From contig JBEKZX010000052.1 of NCBI GenBank assembly GCA_049509455.1, positions 1-16,052 of the forward strand: 16,052 bases of DNA. The letters run 5' to 3'. The DNA is from Conexivisphaerales archaeon. GTDB lineage: Archaea; Thermoproteota; Nitrososphaeria; Conexivisphaerales; DTJL01. The notes under the pieces were generated by a model. That model was given only the letters and a program-made list of their open reading frames with translations. It was not told the origin of the DNA and did not search any database. Positions 15,010-16,052 of the stretch are shown here, piece after piece. The position numbers were made by a program, and so were the translations under genes. The first letter of the stretch is position 1; every line of letters starts with the position of its first letter.

Positions 15010-16011
15010 TTGGCGGACTTCCTCTACATAGCTGGCATCATCTTCGTTGCGTATTCGTTCGACTTCTTCAATGGCTTCCACGACGCGGCCAACGCGATCT
15101 CGACCGTCGTCTCGACGAGGGTCCTCTCTCCCCAGCGGGCCATCCTGCTCGCGGCCTTCTTCAACTTCATCGCCTTCGTGGTCTTCGGCGTCGCGGTGGC
15201 CGGCTTCATCAGCTCGGGCATAGTGAACCCGAGCTTCGTCGACGCCAACGCCGTGCTGGGCGCCCTCCTGGGGGCCATCACCTGGGACATCATCACCTGG
15301 AGGCTCGGGCTGCCCACCAGCTCCTCTCACGCCCTGATCGGGGGGCTCGTCGGCGCCACCGTCACGAAGTCCGGCTTCTCCGTCGTGGAGTGGGCTGGCC
15401 TCGGGAAGGTCGTCGCCTTCATTTTTGTCTCGCCTTTGGTTGGGATGGCAGCCGCCTTCGGCCTCTCGATCGTCTTCATCAACATCTTCTACAAGAGCAC
15501 GACGGCCTCCATCAACCAGTACTTCCGCAGGCTCCAGCTGGTGTCCGCCTCCCTCCTCAGCCTGGCCCACGGCACCAACGACGCCCAGAAGACCATGGGT
15601 GTCGTGACGCTCCTGCTCTTCACCGCCGGCTACGTATCGAAGGCGTCGGTGCCCCCCCTCTGGGTCGTCCTCGCAGCTCACTTTTCGATAGCCATGGGAA
15701 CCGCGCTCGGCGGCTGGAGGATCGTGAGGACCATGGGGATGAGGATAACCAAGCTGCAGCCGTTCAACGGCTTCGCGGCCGAGACGGCCGCGGCCGCCAC
15801 CATCTTGTCGTCTTCGTTCCTGGGCATACCCGTCAGCACCACTCACGTCGTCTCCGGCGCCATAATGGGCGTGGGGGCCACGCGCAGGCTTTCAGCCGTG
15901 AGATGGGGCGTCGCCAGGAGGATCGTCTTGGCATGGTTCATCACCATACCGGCTTCGGCGCTGATGGCTTCCCTCAGCTACTTCGTGATAGCACAAATTA
16001 CCCATCTATGA
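15010..16011 (+). CDS. pit: PiT family inorganic phosphate transporter
   Basis: Signature FDFFNGFHDAANAISTVVSTRVL, GLPTSSSHALIGG, AHGTNDAQKTMG and GIPVSTTHVVSGAIMGVG. The start is probably TTG 15010 (MADFLYIAGII); CTG 14995, overlapping the upstream TGA, is an alternative. Confidence 0.95.
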   Translation: MADFLYIAGIIFVAYSFDFFNGFHDAANAISTVVSTRVLSPQRAILLAAFFNFIAFVVFGVAVAGFISSGIVNPSFVDANAVLGALLGAITWDIITWRLGLPTSSSHALIGGLVGATVTKSGFSVVEWAGLGKVVAFIFVSPLVGMAAAFGLSIVFINIFYKSTTASINQYFRRLQLVSASLLSLAHGTNDAQKTMGVVTLLLFTAGYVSKASVPPLWVVLAAHFSIAMGTALGGWRIVRTMGMRITKLQPFNGFAAETAAAATILSSSFLGIPVSTTHVVSGAIMGVGATRRLSAVRWGVARRIVLAWFITIPASALMASLSYFVIAQITHL

Positions 16012-16052
16012 CTTGAGATGCTCGAGGAGCTCCTCTAGGTCCGTGAGGCAGG
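16006..16052 (-). CDS. 3' end of a convergent gene running off the window (…CLTDLEELLEHLKS*), possibly HAD-hydrolase-like
   Basis: The minus-strand frame is open from the window edge to TAG at 16008-16006. The x-x-D-L-x-E-L-L pattern resembles HAD hydrolase C-termini. Only 14 codons are visible. Confidence 0.4.
   Translation of the reverse strand, partial: CLTDLEELLEHLKS

Noticed and set aside
14806-15846. Extended start of the PiT ORF at 14806 and a 280 aa minus ORF at 15004-15846
   Set aside because: The extension overlaps DUF47 by about 190 nt and reads as shadow sequence. The minus ORF is antisense to pit.
16021-16038. Near-perfect 18 nt palindrome CTCGAGGAGCTCCTCTAG
   Set aside because: It is explained by the Leu-Glu-Glu-Leu-Leu-Glu codons of the convergent minus-strand gene end.

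Overview
Archaeal genomic window. The Nitrososphaerota/Thaumarchaeota-like assignment is inferred from the ArgRS N-terminus, archaeal GGTGA ribosome-binding sites and TATA boxes. Nearly all genes are on the + strand. 1-6138 is the 3' part of a tightly coupled type IV pilus-like operon: a truncated T2SS-F/TadC-type membrane platform followed by five pilin-like proteins. The last pilin-like gene is split by an apparent -1 frameshift at about 4950-4957 from a large Trp/Tyr-rich extracellular domain. After a 595 bp gap, 6734-10315 encodes a 1193 aa membrane-anchored surface protein of Ig-like repeats with two recent internal tandem duplications (AABB). Then come a HAD-family phosphoglycolate phosphatase, a solitary tnpB (IS200/IS605 family) with intact RuvC residues and a structured 3' RNA region, argS (probable CTG start at 12419), and a DUF47 + PiT phosphate-transport pair. 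The 3' end of a convergent minus-strand gene lies at the window edge. No CRISPR array, tRNA or rRNA was seen. All family assignments are by motif recognition; no searches were run.
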